Part shown: in pieces, positions 62,163-64,000 of the stretch
How positions within the stretch are numbered: position 1 is the first letter of the stretch
Layout: each line of letters opens with the position of its first letter
Source: Candidatus Paceibacter sp.
GTDB lineage: Bacteria > Patescibacteriota > Minisyncoccia > UBA6257 > 02-FULL-45-10c
Direction: 5' to 3'
Assembly (NCBI GenBank): GCA_020724845.1
Contig: DYGE01000005.1
Coordinates: 6,116-70,115 of the forward strand
DNA: 64,000 nt
The notes under the pieces: generated by a model
Told to the model about the DNA's origin: nothing
Database searches by the model: none
The model's input: the letters and a program-made list of their open reading frames with translations, nothing else
Program-made: the position numbers and the translations under genes

Positions 62163-62732
62163 TTATTGGGGTTGATAATAAGTATCGACTGTTAAGGTGT
62201 AGAGATATATGTCCTGATCCGGCCGGCCGGCCAAGCCGATAGTCAGAGATCGAACATCCATGATCCTGATATTTGTTTCCAGCAGCTGCAAAAACCTCTT
62301 GATTCCAGAATAGCTTCCAGCCAAATCCAGTTGTAGCCTCAAAGTACCCAGGCCGCGAGCCGAAGATAATCTGGAAACTGGCGGCTTGATAGGAAGATTA
62401 TTTATGCCTACCGACTGCACTAGAACACCGCTGGAGCCGGCCATAGCATTTATCTGAGCAATAACTGAAGAAACGGATTCCTCGTTCGGCAGAGCAAGGG
62501 ACAAAGACTCCCCCAACCGGGAAACGCTCTGGTACTGCGCGATCAAGTTTTGCACTTGCGTAATTGCCGTACGCTCTTCTTCCAGGAAAAGAGTTTTGGA
62601 CTCCAATTCTCCACGCAACTGATTAACCCTCTCATATTCCGGACTAATTAGAGTCGCGTAAATAACCAAAGAGGTTATCAACAAAGCCGCTGAAAGAAGT
62701 ATGCTAAGCGCTCTTTTGGCTGATGGTTGCAT
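62163..62732 (-). CDS. pilO: PilO-like alignment protein
   Basis: TM, coiled coil, ALP, GSYSGIKRFL..LE...RIMDV; gene order. Confidence 0.8.
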   Translation of the reverse strand: MQPSAKRALSILLSAALLITSLVIYATLISPEYERVNQLRGELESKTLFLEEERTAITQVQNLIAQYQSVSRLGESLSLALPNEESVSSVIAQINAMAGSSGVLVQSVGINNLPIKPPVSRLSSARGLGTLRLQLDLAGSYSGIKRFLQLLETNIRIMDVRSLTIGLAGRPDQDIYLYTLTVDTYYQPQ

Positions 62733-62751
62733 TGATAAATATTGACTTAAA

Positions 62752-63297
62752 TTATTTTAATAGGTCAGCGCGCAAATTCAGAACTACCCTGAATTCAACA
62801 AGGTCTCCGCTTGTTTCCGACCTGCTTAAGCTATAACGATTCACCTCTTCAGATTGGTCGAAAATTTCCAGCTGCTCGGATAAAGCCGTAAGATCCCCGG
62901 CAAACCCAGTCAGCTCTAGCTCGCTCCCGGAAACTCCCAAGCTGGCGTTAGTGTAATAAACCTGCTGATGAGTTGTCTGCTCAAGCAGCGGAAAAAGATT
63001 GGAAACAAGCGCGTGATCGTTTAAGAGACCCTCTAAATTCACCAACTGCGAATAAAATTTTACGAATTGCTCCTGATCCTCCCTGGGCACGCTGGCGGCC
63101 AGTTGGTCAATCTCGTTTTCTACTTCCCTTAACTGCGAGGCAAGATATGGGCCGTAGCCGAAAGCCAAGCCCGCGTAAACCAAAACCGCGAATAAGAATA
63201 TGGCGGATACAATAGAAAGAAGGCGCCAGGGCCAGCCGACAGGTATCTTTTCCGGCTCAAATTGCTCTAAAGGATTCTGATTATATTCTTGCGCCAT
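62752..63297 (-). CDS. pilN: PilN-like alignment protein
   Basis: TM, coiled coil, LELTGFA; between pilM and pilO. Confidence 0.7.
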   Translation of the reverse strand: MAQEYNQNPLEQFEPEKIPVGWPWRLLSIVSAIFLFAVLVYAGLAFGYGPYLASQLREVENEIDQLAASVPREDQEQFVKFYSQLVNLEGLLNDHALVSNLFPLLEQTTHQQVYYTNASLGVSGSELELTGFAGDLTALSEQLEIFDQSEEVNRYSLSRSETSGDLVEFRVVLNLRADLLK

Positions 63298-63331
63298 AAA
63301 ATATTCTTTTATAAAACAAATATTAAAATGC

Positions 63332-64000
63332 TTATTTAAATCTTCTCAATCCCAGGCCGATCGCTACCGCGAATTCCGGACCGAGATCGTTCGCGAGCGG
63401 ATCCAACTTAGCGCCATACTTGACCCGAGAGAATGGATTTGCTTTTTTGGTAGGTAATCCCATTTCGCCTTGAATATAGTCGGATATACCCAACAAATTT
63501 GCCCCCCCTCCGGCGAGAATAACTTGTTTTAAGGGTTCGCCGTATTTACTTTCATAACCTTCCTTCACTCGCCTCGCCTCCTTTATTATAACATCCAGAA
63601 TAGGCAGCATTAAAGTGGATAACTCATATTCTCCGCCCACCCCCTTCAGGCCTCTTTGTTTTTTAAGATCCTCCGCCTTGGCAAGCGGAATATTAAGCCC
63701 CGATGAAATGGTTTGAGTAAAAGAGCTTCCAGCGAAGTCTATTTGTCCGGCAATCTTTAAGCCTCCCTTTTTTGCTACGGAAAAAGCCGTAGACCTGGCT
63801 CCAATATCAATAATTAAAAGCGGCTCCTCAATATCCCTAGTTAAAGCCCTGGCAATACTAAGGCCCTCAATCTCTAAAGCTGTAAGATTCAGGCCCGCGC
63901 CCTGAAAAATGTTCTTGTATTTTTGTATATATTCGTTGGGAACGGAAATAAGAAGAATCTGCTGGGTTACATTTCCCTTCTCATCTCTCCGCTCTCCCGC
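63332..64000 (-). CDS. pilM: PilM actin-like pilus assembly protein (3' part; runs off the right edge)
   Basis: ALEIEGLSIAR, LIIDIGARST, AEDLK, VILAGGGANL, NPF, FAVAIGLGLR; frame is open to the edge. Confidence 0.9.
   Translation of the reverse strand, partial: AGERRDEKGNVTQQILLISVPNEYIQKYKNIFQGAGLNLTALEIEGLSIARALTRDIEEPLLIIDIGARSTAFSVAKKGGLKIAGQIDFAGSSFTQTISSGLNIPLAKAEDLKKQRGLKGVGGEYELSTLMLPILDVIIKEARRVKEGYESKYGEPLKQVILAGGGANLLGISDYIQGEMGLPTKKANPFSRVKYGAKLDPLANDLGPEFAVAIGLGLRRFK

Overview
A 64-kb chromosomal segment whose gene content points to a Patescibacteria (CPR, Parcubacteria-like) genome using the standard code 11. The core genes are smc, ftsH, rnc, nusB, rpmF, dnaE, thrS, gatABC (split), tmk, rplK (no rplA after it), nusG, secE, gyrB, pheST, ligA, three tRNAs and a type IV pilus locus. 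Small accessory cassettes with their own terminators sit between them. Main unexplained items: (1) a four-gene island, bounded by 23-bp direct repeats, encoding a HIT hydrolase, a CoaB-like ligase fused to a class II aldolase domain, a SAM methyltransferase and a CoaD-like adenylyltransferase fused to an HD domain; (2) repeated two-gene modules inside the minor-pilin region, each a small MSKK membrane protein plus a secreted lectin-like protein ending in EVRP, with a recombination scar and an in-frame TAG; (3) a 246-nt intergenic element with 25- and 20-bp perfect stems; (4) 7/8-nt-period hairpins and microrepeats in intergenic regions and in-frame inside essential genes; (5) tRNAs followed by inverted copies of their own 3' ends; (6) widespread leaderless gene starts. 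All family assignments are by eye from motifs; no database search was run.
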